Assembly: GCA_050949565.1 (NCBI GenBank)
Contig: JBMNFY010000001.1
Coordinates: forward strand, 96,001 to 160,000
Direction of reading: 5' to 3'
From: Kiritimatiellia bacterium
Lineage (GTDB): Bacteria; Verrucomicrobiota; Kiritimatiellia; RFP12; UBA1067
DNA length: 64,000 nucleotides
The notes under the pieces are model-generated. The model did not search any database and had not been told where the DNA came from. It was given only the letters and a program-made list of their open reading frames with translations. Of this stretch, positions 27,868 through 39,140 are shown in pieces (positions within the stretch are counted from its first letter, which is position 1; every line of letters begins with the position of its first letter). A program made the position numbers and the translations under genes.

Positions 27868-30345
27868 TCAGTAGACGCGGATCTCAAAAATCTGGGCTGA
27901 AGGATCACCCCATGTCGAACGGCACATGATGCGCAATGCATCGATTGTGCGGCGGTCGAACGAGTGAACGGCAAGCCGCCACCAGTTCTCATCTTCCGAC
28001 GCGATCTCTGTCCACGCCCCGCCCGTTCTCACCTCCACCGTATAGCTTTTCACAAGGGCTCGCGGCATTACCGCAGGGTGCGTCGGCATTAGGTCGCTGT
28101 TGAACGTAATGCGCACCTGCTGCGCCTCGACCGGTTTTTCCCACGTTAAAGTGATCGTCTGCGGTAGAGCGGCGGCCGCATCCGAGACCCACCCGTGTGC
28201 CTCGTCATTCACGATACGGCTTGTCCCGTCAATCACGGCCTGTGGCGAAGCGCCTTCGGCATACAGCCAGCCTTCACGGTCCCTATCCTTTTTGTTCTGG
28301 AAGATACAACTATACTTATTCGTGATGTACCACCGCACGGATGGAGATTCTTGGAAGTAGAGACGCGGCTGCGAACTCGTCGCCGTCACTGTCGCCCGGC
28401 GCGCGTGGTCGTGCGAATCCTCGTTCTTTACGCCGGGAATGTAAAGATCGTCCCGCAGAAGCCGTTGCTGGAGTTCCTTGAGCCGATTCAGTCCTAGCGA
28501 CTTCGGCGTCTCGCCATACTGCAAGCACATCGCGGCAGCCGTGCCGCACACCTGCCCGAGCGTGGCCAGCGTGGACATCACGCGCACGGAACCGAGCGCC
28601 ATGTGTGAGACGCTCGAGCAGCGTCCCGCAAAGAAGAGGTTGCTGAAAGCCGAATTGTAGAGGACCCGGTAGGGGATCGTGTAGATCGGCAGCACGGGAG
28701 TGTGCTTCCAGTAACCGTTCCCCTTCGGATTCGCAAGCCCGAGCGGATCGTGCGTGTCCATCGACCAGCCGCCGTAGGAGATGCGGTCGGGGAAGACCGT
28801 CGCCGCCTTCTGGTCGTTCCCGGTCAGGATATAGTCGCCCGTGAGCCGCAACGTCTCGCGCCGAGCGACCCCGTAGGGCATGTCTGTAAGTGCAAAATTT
28901 TTCAGCAGGTCCCGATGCTCCCACTCGTTCTTGCCCCAGCCGAAGTAGGCGAACGAAAGACGTACCAGCTCATCGCGCGCGTTCTCGGGGTCTTCGAAAT
29001 CATCAACTATGCCGGGATGCGCCATCCGCCACGACGGCCCGAAGCCGTCATGCACGCGCAGACGGCGCGGATATTTGCGCGACCATCCCGCAGGCAGGGC
29101 ATCTTTCGCCCAGTCCGGTGTGACGTAGTCCACGGGATGTCCCATGTCGCTGTAGCCGAAGCACGAGAATCCTTCAGTCGCCAACATGCCGCTCATCGTG
29201 GTGCGGTCCGGTTGCTCGGGCGCCTCCTTTTCGCCGAACTCGGACTGGCCTTCGCGCCCGAAACGGTAGGGAACCCCCGCGTAATAACCGACCCAGCCGT
29301 CTCCCGTCGCATCGATGAAGATCTTCGCCCGATAGCGCACCCGTGCGCCGGTCAGCGTATCCACCGCCACAACGCCCGTGATGATATTCTCCGCCGTCTT
29401 CTCAACTTCCACCACGCGCCGGTTTAGAAACAGCTCCAGCTTCTGCTCGCCGCGCACCTGCTCAAGGTAGGCCGCCGAGATGGACGCTTTTTTTCCGCCC
29501 TGCGACATCCGCGAACGAATCAGTCTCGCTTCCTCGATGAAGCCCGTTTCACGCGCATTGGGATGCAGATGCGCCGCGCCCTGAATGCCTATCCGCAGTT
29601 CAGACGATGCATTGCCGCCCAGGACGGGCCGGTCCTGAATGAGCGCCGTGTGCGCCCCGGCGTGTGCCGCCGCCACCGCCGCTCCCATGCCTGTCGTTCC
29701 GCCGCCCACCACCACGACGTCATAGGCTCCCCCGTCCGACGGTTCGTAGGGCGCGCCCTTCCACTGCAAGCGCGCACGCGCCAGTTCCTCCGCGTTGTCG
29801 GGCGGCACGAACGCCGCGTCTTCCGCCAGCAGGACCGCATCGCACCGGCTGAAGAACCCTGCCTTGCCAATGAGCTTCACCTCGACCTCGCCGGCCGCCA
29901 GCGCCACCGTTCCGGACTTTTCCCAGCGCCAGCCCTTCACGCCGGACGCGCCCAGAATCTTTCCCTCCTGCCCGCCGACCTCCACGGCAAATTTTCCGGG
30001 CGCATACGGCGGACGCCAGTCGTTGCTGCGCACCCAGACCGTCCATGTGCCTGCCCGCGGAATTTCCACCGTCGTCACAGCCGGTATAAGCGGATTCCCA
30101 ACACCGAGCGCGATCAGATAAGCCGATCCCATCTTGTGGATGAACTGTGTATCCAGACGCCATCTGCCATACTTGGCGAACCCTTCGGCCTCCAGCAGGA
30201 TCACCCCGCGCACATGTTCCCGCGCCTTCTCAGCCGGTGCGCGCCACGACCACAAACTGGGCACTTTCACTTCCTGTTCCGACATGGCGCGTCCCGGCAA
30301 CACAGCGCTGAATGCCAGCACCACGCATATAAGTACGGTTTTCAT
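27868..30345 (-). CDS. Secreted FAD-dependent oxidoreductase (FAD_oxidored family) with N-terminal beta-sandwich and C-terminal discoidin-like domain
   Basis: Signal peptide MKTVLICVVLAFSAVLPGRA; DVVVVGGGTTG..AAVAAA, IQDRPVLGGNASSE, FIDATGDG, GGWSMDTH, YTIPYR.L, NLFFAGR..S.SH.ALGS.RVM. Confidence 0.88.
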   Translation of the reverse strand: MKTVLICVVLAFSAVLPGRAMSEQEVKVPSLWSWRAPAEKAREHVRGVILLEAEGFAKYGRWRLDTQFIHKMGSAYLIALGVGNPLIPAVTTVEIPRAGTWTVWVRSNDWRPPYAPGKFAVEVGGQEGKILGASGVKGWRWEKSGTVALAAGEVEVKLIGKAGFFSRCDAVLLAEDAAFVPPDNAEELARARLQWKGAPYEPSDGGAYDVVVVGGGTTGMGAAVAAAHAGAHTALIQDRPVLGGNASSELRIGIQGAAHLHPNARETGFIEEARLIRSRMSQGGKKASISAAYLEQVRGEQKLELFLNRRVVEVEKTAENIITGVVAVDTLTGARVRYRAKIFIDATGDGWVGYYAGVPYRFGREGQSEFGEKEAPEQPDRTTMSGMLATEGFSCFGYSDMGHPVDYVTPDWAKDALPAGWSRKYPRRLRVHDGFGPSWRMAHPGIVDDFEDPENARDELVRLSFAYFGWGKNEWEHRDLLKNFALTDMPYGVARRETLRLTGDYILTGNDQKAATVFPDRISYGGWSMDTHDPLGLANPKGNGYWKHTPVLPIYTIPYRVLYNSAFSNLFFAGRCSSVSHMALGSVRVMSTLATLGQVCGTAAAMCLQYGETPKSLGLNRLKELQQRLLRDDLYIPGVKNEDSHDHARRATVTATSSQPRLYFQESPSVRWYITNKYSCIFQNKKDRDREGWLYAEGASPQAVIDGTSRIVNDEAHGWVSDAAAALPQTITLTWEKPVEAQQVRITFNSDLMPTHPAVMPRALVKSYTVEVRTGGAWTEIASEDENWWRLAVHSFDRRTIDALRIMCRSTWGDPSAQIFEIRVY

Positions 30346-30615
30346 TTTGTGAAACTCCTTAGGCGATGTTACTCCAAACAGAACTGAAGCGACCGCATAC
30401 ACGCGTTTGTGGACCGCTTCCTTGTACACGTGAGCGCGACCCTTTTCCGGCTTGCCCCAAAGCGTAAATCTGGTTACGCTCTGTTTCAGTTACGCATGGG
30501 CAAGACACTTTCGCCTCCTTCCTGTTTTTTTTACATGGGGGAAGTGTACTTCAATGCGTGGTCGCTTTCAAAACTTAAGGTGTTGCGCTGGCCAGTCGCA
30601 CACACGCAAAAGGAA

Positions 30616-32924
30616 ATGAAAATGAGACCTGTTCCTGTTCTACTGTCTCTTCTTGCAATGGCGGTGGCCGCGCGAGGTTTCGCCGAGATCACTGTCGCCG
30701 AGCGCGGCCAGCCTTCCGCCTATACGCTCGTCATCCCTGCGAAGGCTTCTCCGAACGAGCGTTACGCCGCGCAGGAATTCCGTGACTGGACACTCAAACT
30801 GACGGGCGTCGAGATCCCGATCCGCGAGACCACGCCGGTCGCCGCCAAGGCGATTTACTTGAACCGCGAGAAGCCCGACCCCGCGCTCGGCGACGAAGGC
30901 TTCGACCTTGAGGCCGTCGGTGGCGACATCCGCGTCAGCGGAGGTAGGCGCGGTCTCCTTTACGGCGTGTATGAACTCCTTGAGCGTTTCGGCGGCATCG
31001 CGTGGCTTGACTCCGGTTTTACCGACATTCCGCAGACCGATGTCTTCAAAATCCCGTCGGATCTCAAGGACCGGCAACTTCCGGCGTTCGATCGCCGTGT
31101 CCACGACTGGCGGCAGATAAGCTCAGACATCTCTTTCAGCGCCCGCAGCCGCATCAACCATTATTATCTCCCCGAGCGTCACGGCCGCTCCTATCCGAAG
31201 TTCGACGGGCCGCTTGGTTGGGGCCACACCTTCAGCTACCTCGTCAACCCTGACCAGTATTTCGACGAGCATCCGGAATACTTCAGCTTCTTCAAAGGCA
31301 AGCGCCAGAAACACTATTCTCAGCTCTGCCTCACCAATCCCGATGTCTTCAAGATCGTCCTTGAAAAAGTGCTCGCGCGAATCCGCACAACAAAACGAAA
31401 GGAAACAACGTCAAATACTACGGCATCTCGCAGAACGATTGGAACGGTTACTGCGAATGCGAGAAGTGCGCGGCAATCGACGCACGCGAGGAATCGCACG
31501 CGGGCGCCTTGATCGACTTTTTGAACCGTATCGCCGAGGAGGTCGAAAAGGAACATCCCGATGTGATCATCCAAACTCTTTCCTACATGTATTCACGCAA
31601 ACCGCCCAAAAATCTGAAGCCGCGCCGCAACGTGATGCCGCTCTTGTGTTCGATCGAGTGCGACTTCTCCAAGCCTATGGCGGAAAACCGCTTCGAGGAG
31701 AACGTCGCTTTCCGCGCGGATCTGGAGAAGTGGCGGGATATCTCCAACCGTCTGATGATCTGGGACTACGCCGGAAACTGGCGCTCGACCCCGTGCCCGC
31801 AGCACAATCTGCGCACGATCTGGGAGAACACGCGCTATTACCGCGCCCAGGGCGTGACGGAACTTTTCCATGAAGGCAAAGTCTTGTCCAAAGAGAGCCA
31901 AACCGAAGAACTCGCCGCGCTCAAGGCATACCTCGCGTCGAAGGCGATGTGGAATCCCGACCGTCCGATGCGCCCGCTGATGGAGCGTTTCTGCAATGCC
32001 TATTACGGCAAAGGCGGGCCGTTCGTCCTCGAGTACATCGACCTGTTGGAGCGGCAACCGGTCGACGAGACGAAGACGCCGATCATCTACAGCACCACCA
32101 TTGACAAAATGCCGTGGACGGACGAGTTCCTGAACGAGGCGCGCGGGCTGTGGCGGAAGGCGGAGGCCGCGGTGGCGGATGAATCGGCGGCGGTCAAGTC
32201 GAACGTCTTCTGGGGCGTGTTCTGTGCCGACTACTCGTTGCTCTCGAAGTACATCCACGGCGGCGAGTGGCGGCCGGTGATCGTCTCCGAGAAGTTCGCT
32301 TCCTCGATGGACAGGGATAAGTTCGAGACGATGCGCCGCATCGCGCGGGACATTGTCGCAGTGCTGGACAAGTACCCCGATCAGGTGGTGGTGCTCTCCT
32401 CGTATCTCAACGACTTCCGACACAAAGCGCTGGTGCGCGCACTCGCGGCGGCAGAACTGCCCGGCGGCGGCGACGCAGGCGGTAAGGCAACGGTGCAGGA
32501 CGGCCTCATCACCTACAACGATTTTCCGAAGTCAAAGACGATCTTCCGCGAGCGTGACGAAGGGGCGACGGACGGATGGGCGATCCATGTGCACAAGTCC
32601 GAACCCGGATGGGCATGGACTATGACCTTTCACATGCATAACGCGGTGGCGTTCGACGAAGGCGTCAAATACCGCCTGCGGGTGCGGGGACGGGTGATGC
32701 CGGAAGAAGGGGTCGCCCCGGAGAAAGCGATTGTCACATCAGGGCTTTTCGATCGCAATGTGCGCGAGAATGTCCTTTCCAAGAGCGTGAGCGCGGCAGC
32801 GTCGAAGGGAGAATGGACGTGGGTTGATCTTGGCGAATGGACGGCGAAGAACGACAACTACATTTTCCACGTCAGTTCGCACGGTTGCGCGTTCAAGTTG
32901 GATTTGTTTGAAATAACCAGATAA
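30616..32924 (+). CDS. DUF4838-domain secreted protein (GH-like); frameshift at about 31390
   Basis: ORFs 30409..31512 and 31509..32924 join. RGLLYGVYELLE, HPEYFS...QLCLTNPDV, SQNDWNGYCECEKC (shifted frame), F.N.IAEEV...HPDV.I.TL.Y, IWDY, YL..KAMWNP, YYGKGG. Confidence 0.8.
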
Positions 32925-32938
32925 CGCGCAACTTCCAA

Positions 32939-32987
32939 GTGGCGCGGGCATCTTGCCCGTGTTTCATGGGCGGGACGCCCATGTCAC
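32939..32987 (+). repeat. REP/MITE-like element copy 4
   Basis: GTGGCGCGGGCATCTTGCCCGTGTTTCATGGGCGGGACGCCCATGTCAC (2 substitutions vs copy 1). Confidence 0.88.
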
Positions 32988-33071
32988 AAGGTTTTTTGAA
33001 GTGGCCCTCCCCAAAAACCTTAGTGCCTTTGTGTGATAAACAACTTGCTTTTTATCGCGCCTGTCGAGCCG

Positions 33072-33119
33072 TAACGCACTAACGCACTCATGCACTAATG
33101 AACTCATGCACTAACGCAC
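33072..33119. repeat. Degenerate 8-mer tandem repeat x6
   Basis: TAACGCAC TAACGCAC TCATGCAC TAATGAAC TCATGCAC TAACGCAC. Confidence 0.85.
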
Positions 33120-33131
33120 TTCCCTTCCCCT

Positions 33132-34874
33132 CTACCGGGGGAAGGTGATGCGGTAGAAGCGCGAGGGGAAGAGACCGGCATCGTCGTCGGTGAAGGTGAC
33201 GGTGCCGCCGGCGGGGATGGTGATGCGGTCGAGGATGGACCAGTCCGGGGGCGTGAGGCTGTCGCTGGCTTCGAGGTAGACAGGGAGGGCGGCGATAGCG
33301 TTGCCGGTGAGGGTGAGGGCGAACGCGCCGGAGGCGGGTGATGCCGCGCTGAAGACGGGATTCCAGCAGACGGCGGGGCGGCCGGCAAAGGTGGTGCCCC
33401 AGTTGGCTCTGCCGGGAAGGTAGTAGATTGTGGTGGAAGTGTTAACGAAGACGTCGGTGCCGGGTGTCGGCTTGTCGCCGGTAAAGAGGACGCAGTGAGG
33501 GATGAACAACTCTGAAAGGCGTCGTTGTCGATGGATGTGACAGTGCTGGGGATAGTGAGGAATGCAAGGGAGGTGCAGTTGTAGAATGCGCCTTTACCGA
33601 TGGCAGTGATGCCATTGGGGATGGTGACGGAGGTGAGAGCGGTGCAACCGGAGAAGGTGCCGGTGCCGATGCTGGAGACGCTGCCGGGGATGGTGATGGA
33701 TATGAGGTTAGTGCAGGATTGGAAGGCTCTGTCACCGATGGATGTCACGCTGTCAGGAAGGGTGACGGAGGTGAGAGATCTACACCACTGGAAGGCGTTG
33801 TAACCGATGTTGGTAACACTGTTGGGGATGGTGATAGCGGTGAGGAATGAACAGTAAGAGAAGGCTTGGTTGCCGATGTTTGAGATACTGTTGGGGATGG
33901 TGACTGCAGTGAGGTTGGTGCAGTTGTGGAAGGCCTTGGTGCCGATGGCGGTGACGGGACAGCCATTTGATGTTACCGGGAGAAAGAGGTGGTGGCCGCG
34001 GTATGAAGAGTCGAGACCGGTGATCGTGACCTGCGTGCCGTCAGACGTGTACGAAAGCGGAATCGGCTGGGTGGGTCTTGCCACGACACTACCCCAGCCG
34101 TTGGCGTCGGGGAAATAGTAGAGCGTGGCGGGAGCCGCGTAGAAGGCTTTGGAACCGACTTCCGGTGCGTTGCCGGTGAAGAGGACGGTGCTGAGGGTGG
34201 TACAGTCATAGAAGGCTTGAGAGCCGATGTTGGTAACGCTGTTGCCGATGGCGACGGAGACGAGGCTGTTGCAACCTTTGAAGGTGTTGCTGTCGATGGA
34301 TGTGACACTATTTGGGAGGGTCACGGATGTGAGTGAGGAGCAATGGGAAAAAGCGTAGCTGGCGATAGCTGCAACATGGTTGCCGATGGTGACAGAAGTG
34401 AGATGCGTGCATTGGGAGAAGACCATGCTGCCGATGGTGATGACGCTGTCGGGGATGGTGACGGCTGTGAGGGCGCGACACTCGTAGAAGGCTTGATAGC
34501 CGATGTTGGTAACGCTGCTAGGGATAGTGGTAGCGGTGAGGTTGGTGCAACCGTAGAAGGCTCGGGCACCGATGTCGGTGATGCTGTTGGGGATTGTGAC
34601 ATCTGTGAGGCTGGTGCGTTTGTAGAAGGCCTCGTAGCCGATGGCGGCGACGGGATAGTTGCCGAGGCCGATAGTGGATGGGATGGTGACGGAACCGCCG
34701 GGGCCGCTGTAGCCGGTGATGATGGCCTCGTCACCGCTGACGGTGTAGGTGTAGTCGCCGTAGGTGTCGGCGAACACGCCAAGGGGGAAGGAGCAACGCG
34801 AGATGTGCGAGCATGAAAGCGTAGAGGCGCGGTGAGCGGGGCAAACGAGCGATGCGGGATGCGGTAGTAATCAT
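33132..34874 (-). CDS. BspA-type LRR_5 surface protein; frameshifts at about 34785 and 33493
   Basis: Two LRR blocks (VTIPNSVTNIGxxAFxxC). Signal peptide MITTASR...YAFMLAHLALLLP is in a shifted frame; C-terminus in ORF 33132..33509 ends TFTDDDAGLFPSRFYRITFPR, as in 12341-13780. Confidence 0.8.
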
Positions 34875-35047
34875 GGTCGTCCTTTCGGTGAATCAACGCG
34901 GGTCAGGAATGTGGGGTATGATAGGATAAGAGGGGAGGAAATCGCAAAAGCAATGAGAGCGTTAAAATCGGTTTCGCATTGCGTTCAGCGGGAGATCAAG
35001 GTACAGTGGAACTGTAATCGCGGTGGTGCGAGCGTAGGAGTTTGCGG

Positions 35048-35740
35048 ATGCCTATTGATGTGATCATAGTCGAAGATGATAGCCGGTTGCGCTCGGGACT
35101 GGTGGAGATTGTCAACCGGGACCCTCAGTGCGTGTGCGTCGGTGCGTTTGGGTCTGGGGAAGAAGCCGTGGCAAAGGCGCCGGCGTTGAAGCCGCAGGTG
35201 GCGGTCATGGATATCAATCTGCCGGGCATGGACGGGATTGAATGCGTGCGCCAGCTTTCGGAACGTCTGCCGGATTTGCAGATCGTAATGCTCACGGTCT
35301 ATCAGGACACCAACAATCTCTTCCGTGCCTTGGCGGCTGGCGCGCACGGATACCTCGTCAAGCCCGCGCGCGCCCGCGACTTGCTGGCGGCCATCCGCGA
35401 CATCCATCAGGGCGGCGCGCCGATGACCAGCGCTCTGGCGCGTAAGGTGGTGGATGCGTTTCGCGCTCACGCCCCGGACGCCGCTTCGTCGTCATCGCCC
35501 GCTTCTTCTTCGACAGAGGGGACCGGCAGTCCGCTGGCGGGGGAACTGGCGCCGCGCGAGGAGGAGGTTCTGGACCTGCTTGCGCAGGGGTTTTCCTACA
35601 AGGAGATCGCCGACAAGCTGAATGTGGCGTTCGGCACGGTTCACACCTATGTGCTGCGCATTTACAAAAAACTCCATGTCCGCTCCAAAAATGCGGCGGT
35701 GGCCCGCTGGCTGGGGTATCAGCCTGAATCCGGCAAATAG
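35048..35740 (+). CDS. NarL/LuxR-family response regulator
   Basis: IIVEDD, MDINLPGMDG, GYLVK, LAPREEEVL.LLAQGFSYKEIADKL......V. Confidence 0.93.
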   Translation: MPIDVIIVEDDSRLRSGLVEIVNRDPQCVCVGAFGSGEEAVAKAPALKPQVAVMDINLPGMDGIECVRQLSERLPDLQIVMLTVYQDTNNLFRALAAGAHGYLVKPARARDLLAAIRDIHQGGAPMTSALARKVVDAFRAHAPDAASSSSPASSSTEGTGSPLAGELAPREEEVLDLLAQGFSYKEIADKLNVAFGTVHTYVLRIYKKLHVRSKNAAVARWLGYQPESGK

Positions 35741-35763
35741 CCGACGGGTAGGGGAGACGGGCG

Positions 35764-37029
35764 ATGAAGGCGAAAGCGAGAGAGGTCGGGCGGCGTCATT
35801 TTCTGCGCTTGGCACATGCGGGCATGGCGGTGCTGCCGGTGGCGGGCGCTGCGCTCGGTCAGGAGCGGGCGGTGGCCAATTCGGTGCGGCCGGGAAGTGC
35901 GCCGCGTACTTATGACCGCAAGGTCAAGCTGGGGCTGATCGGGTGCGGCGGGCGCGGTATGTGGATCAGCAGCTTGTTTGCGGCTCAGGGCGGATTCACG
36001 TTCGTTGCGGTAGCCGACTATTTCGAAGAGCACGCGGTGCGCGCGGGCGAGCAGCTCGGCGTGCCGCCTGCCCGTTGTTTTCACGGGCTCGACGGGTACC
36101 AGCGTCTCATGGCTGCCGGTGTCGAGGCGGTTGTTTTGCAGACGCCCCCGTATTTCTTCCCGCAGCTTGCGACTGCCGCGCTTGATGCGGGACTGCACAT
36201 CTACATGGCCAAGCCGATCGCAATCGACATCCCCGGGACGTTGACGATCAAGGCACTGGCGGAACGCGCCGGCCGCGAAAAGCGCGTCTTTCAGGCGGAT
36301 TACCAGTTGCCGCGTGATCCGGTGAATATCGAGGTGGCCAAGCGTATTCGCGCCGGTGCACTGGGACGCTTGCAGACCATCTTCTCATCGGGCTGGGCCG
36401 GGGGGAACGGCTATCAAGATCCGCCGCTGGAAACCAGTATCGAAAACCGGTTGAAGGATTTGGTCTGGTGCAATGACATCGCGCTGGGGGGCGACTACAT
36501 TGTGCATTACGATGTCCACATTTTGGATGCGGTGGTCTGGGCACTGGGCAAAACACCCGTCGCCGCGCTAGGGGCCTCTTGTGCTTTCAGGCCCTCCGTC
36601 CATGGCGATGCGCGCGACTCGACCATGGTGGTCTACCTGTTTGACGACGGCACGATGTGGTGTCATCAGGGTATACTCGGTGCTTACCACGATTGGATCA
36701 AGACCGGGCGTTTGACCGCCTCGTTGCAGGGAACGCAGGGCACGGCTTGCCTGTCATACGCCGGCAAATCGTATGTGCGCGGCGGGCCGCGCCACTTTAG
36801 CGGCGGCGTGCCGAATCCAGAGGCGAGCGTGCGCATCAACATCGACGAGTTCCGCCAGGCAATTGATGCCGGTGACTACTCGAACGCGCAAGTGACACGG
36901 GCGGTCGATAGTAACCTCACCGCCATCCTCGGCCGTGAGGCGGCGGCGCGGCGCGATCGGATCACGCTGGAAGCGCTGTTGGCTGAGCGGCGCGCCTTGA
37001 GCCCGGATCTCACCGGGCTCAAGCGCTGA
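35764..37029 (+). CDS. Tat-exported Gfo/Idh/MocA oxidoreductase
   Basis: GRRHFL Tat motif; LGLIGCGGRG; TPPYF; HIYMAKP. Confidence 0.88.
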   Translation: MKAKAREVGRRHFLRLAHAGMAVLPVAGAALGQERAVANSVRPGSAPRTYDRKVKLGLIGCGGRGMWISSLFAAQGGFTFVAVADYFEEHAVRAGEQLGVPPARCFHGLDGYQRLMAAGVEAVVLQTPPYFFPQLATAALDAGLHIYMAKPIAIDIPGTLTIKALAERAGREKRVFQADYQLPRDPVNIEVAKRIRAGALGRLQTIFSSGWAGGNGYQDPPLETSIENRLKDLVWCNDIALGGDYIVHYDVHILDAVVWALGKTPVAALGASCAFRPSVHGDARDSTMVVYLFDDGTMWCHQGILGAYHDWIKTGRLTASLQGTQGTACLSYAGKSYVRGGPRHFSGGVPNPEASVRINIDEFRQAIDAGDYSNAQVTRAVDSNLTAILGREAAARRDRITLEALLAERRALSPDLTGLKR

Positions 37030-37080
37030 GCGGTGCCCGTCCTGTGGGCGGCGTTTACGCCGCCTGCTGAACTGGCGGAG

Positions 37081-39096
37081 CTACGGCGTGGTGCTGGAGA
37101 AAAGCTTTAGCTCCTGCACATGCACGGCGGGGTTGGCGCTGTTCTTGATGACGGTCAGGCGCGCATGGCGTGCGGGTGTGGGCGCGAAGCTCAGGCGCAG
37201 ACCCTCGGCGGTCGCGGGCTTGGCATCGTTGAGATTGCCGGCGACCTCTTTCCACGTCTTGCCGTCGGTGGACAACTCCAACTTGAAGGTGTAGGTACGT
37301 CCGTCCGCGTGGTAGAAGGTGATGTGCATTGCGCTGAGCGTTTCGGTGGTGCCGAGGTCGATCAGGGCTTGTGCCGGTGTACGTGCACCGTGCCAGGCCT
37401 TTTCGAGTGTGCCGTCAACCAGATGAGCCGGCAGATTGTTGCCTTCGGTCGGTACGTCGGTCTTGACCGGCTTGCCTAGCGCGACGTTGACCTCCTCCTT
37501 GAATAGGTCATCGATCGTCGCCTGATTGGTAGCGTTTTTCATGTCGGCGCGGAGCGTGCGCCACGTCGGCAGGAGCGCCTTCTTGTCCACTTGGCAGGTG
37601 TTGAAGAGCTTGGCGACACCGCGCACGGCGAGGGTCTGGCGGCGTGCGTCGGGGTCTTTGGCGGCCACGCGCAACAGACTCGGCAGGGCGGCGGCATCCG
37701 GCCAGGCGGCGAGCGCGCGCACGGCGGCGGTCGCGACATCGGGCTGCGGCGCGGTCAGCGACGCTTCGACCGCTTTCAACAACTCGGTTCCGCCGATGCG
37801 TGCGGCGCTCTCCAGCGCGATCGTTTTCTGCGCATCCGGTGCATTAGCCAACGCCTTGACGAGTGCGGCGGTATAAGCACCTGTTGTATCGCGCCGCGCG
37901 GCTGCGGCCAGGGCGCTCTGCGCCTCGGGCGTGACACGACCGCGGGAGGCGAGCGTTTTGGCGACCAGCGTATCGGCCATGTCGCTACCAGCGATCTCCC
38001 GCAACAAACGGAAACCGGCGATTGCGGCATTTTCGTCCTGTGAGTCCAAGGCGGACAGACCGAGGTGTGCGGCTTCGGTGATGCGGCGCTCTTTGATCAG
38101 TTCAAGGGCGACCTTCTTGCCGGTGTCGTTGAAGGTATCGTACGAACGGACCACAGCGTCTTTGATCTGCACCGTCTTGAGTTGGCGCGCGCCGTCGCGG
38201 ATCAGCGCCAGACGGTTCGGGGGCAAGGTTTTGAGCAGCGCAGGAAGTTGCGCAGCGAAAGCAGCCGGATCCAGTCGGATCAGGGCCTGACGCGCCGCGA
38301 ACACTACGGTGTCGTCAGCGTCGCCGAGGAAGGGCGCGATAGCCGCGCAGGCATTCTTATCGCCGCGGTCGCCCAGCATATCGAGCAGCATGACTTTACG
38401 GACCGGGTCGGTGGCAGTCGCGAGCTTGCCGGTCCAGAGCCGGGTTTCGGCGGCGCCGCCGGTGGTGCGGGCGCGGGCCATCGCTACGCCGGCGTAAGAG
38501 AGGTCGGGATCGTCGAAGGCCTGCAACAAGTGCGGGGTGCGCGCGGAGACTGGTAGTGTGGCGAGTTCGGCATTCAGCGTAACGTGGCGCGTGGGTTCGA
38601 CTGGCGCAACTTTGGAGGTACGGACGTCGGTGACCGCCTGAACGGTCATGGCGGCCAGTGTGGCGACGCCCGGTTTGTCGGACTTCTCAAACGCCCGGAT
38701 CGCCGCCGCCTGTTGCGGCGTACCGCACCAACGGAGTTGATCGAGGAAGAAGCAGATGACATCGGCATCGTTGGCGCGTTGCGCCGCCGCCAGCAAGGCT
38801 CCGGCGTACGCCGCGCGACTGGAAGCACCAGCCGGGCGCATCACGTACTGGGTCAGTGCGGCGATGCGCGTGATGGCGACCGGATCGGAGGCGTAGCCGG
38901 TCTTGACCTCGGCGAGCAGCGCATCCAGAGCGGGCGCACCCTGCTTGAGGAGATCGGCAAGCGCGGCGTCGTTGATGGTGGCGAGCGCGGCTTGCTGTTT
39001 GTTGGCCCACTGGGCGGCTGTGTCCTGGGCCGAGACGGTCGCGGCGGCGACAAACAGGCCGAGCGCGAGTGTTACATTCACAAGGCAGTGGTTCAT
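37081..39096 (-). CDS. Secreted HEAT-repeat protein with C-terminal discoidin (F5/8 type C) domain
   Basis: Signal peptide; FFLDQLRWCG, LLDMLGDRGD, AVRALAAWPD; C-terminal NVALGKPV...LVDG..W......IDLG..F.PTPARHARL. Confidence 0.75.
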   Translation of the reverse strand: MNHCLVNVTLALGLFVAAATVSAQDTAAQWANKQQAALATINDAALADLLKQGAPALDALLAEVKTGYASDPVAITRIAALTQYVMRPAGASSRAAYAGALLAAAQRANDADVICFFLDQLRWCGTPQQAAAIRAFEKSDKPGVATLAAMTVQAVTDVRTSKVAPVEPTRHVTLNAELATLPVSARTPHLLQAFDDPDLSYAGVAMARARTTGGAAETRLWTGKLATATDPVRKVMLLDMLGDRGDKNACAAIAPFLGDADDTVVFAARQALIRLDPAAFAAQLPALLKTLPPNRLALIRDGARQLKTVQIKDAVVRSYDTFNDTGKKVALELIKERRITEAAHLGLSALDSQDENAAIAGFRLLREIAGSDMADTLVAKTLASRGRVTPEAQSALAAAARRDTTGAYTAALVKALANAPDAQKTIALESAARIGGTELLKAVEASLTAPQPDVATAAVRALAAWPDAAALPSLLRVAAKDPDARRQTLAVRGVAKLFNTCQVDKKALLPTWRTLRADMKNATNQATIDDLFKEEVNVALGKPVKTDVPTEGNNLPAHLVDGTLEKAWHGARTPAQALIDLGTTETLSAMHITFYHADGRTYTFKLELSTDGKTWKEVAGNLNDAKPATAEGLRLSFAPTPARHARLTVIKNSANPAVHVQELKLFSSTTP

Positions 39097-39140
39097 GGAC
39101 AATCCTTTATTCATGCTGGAAAAATTGGTGCGGCGCGGGC

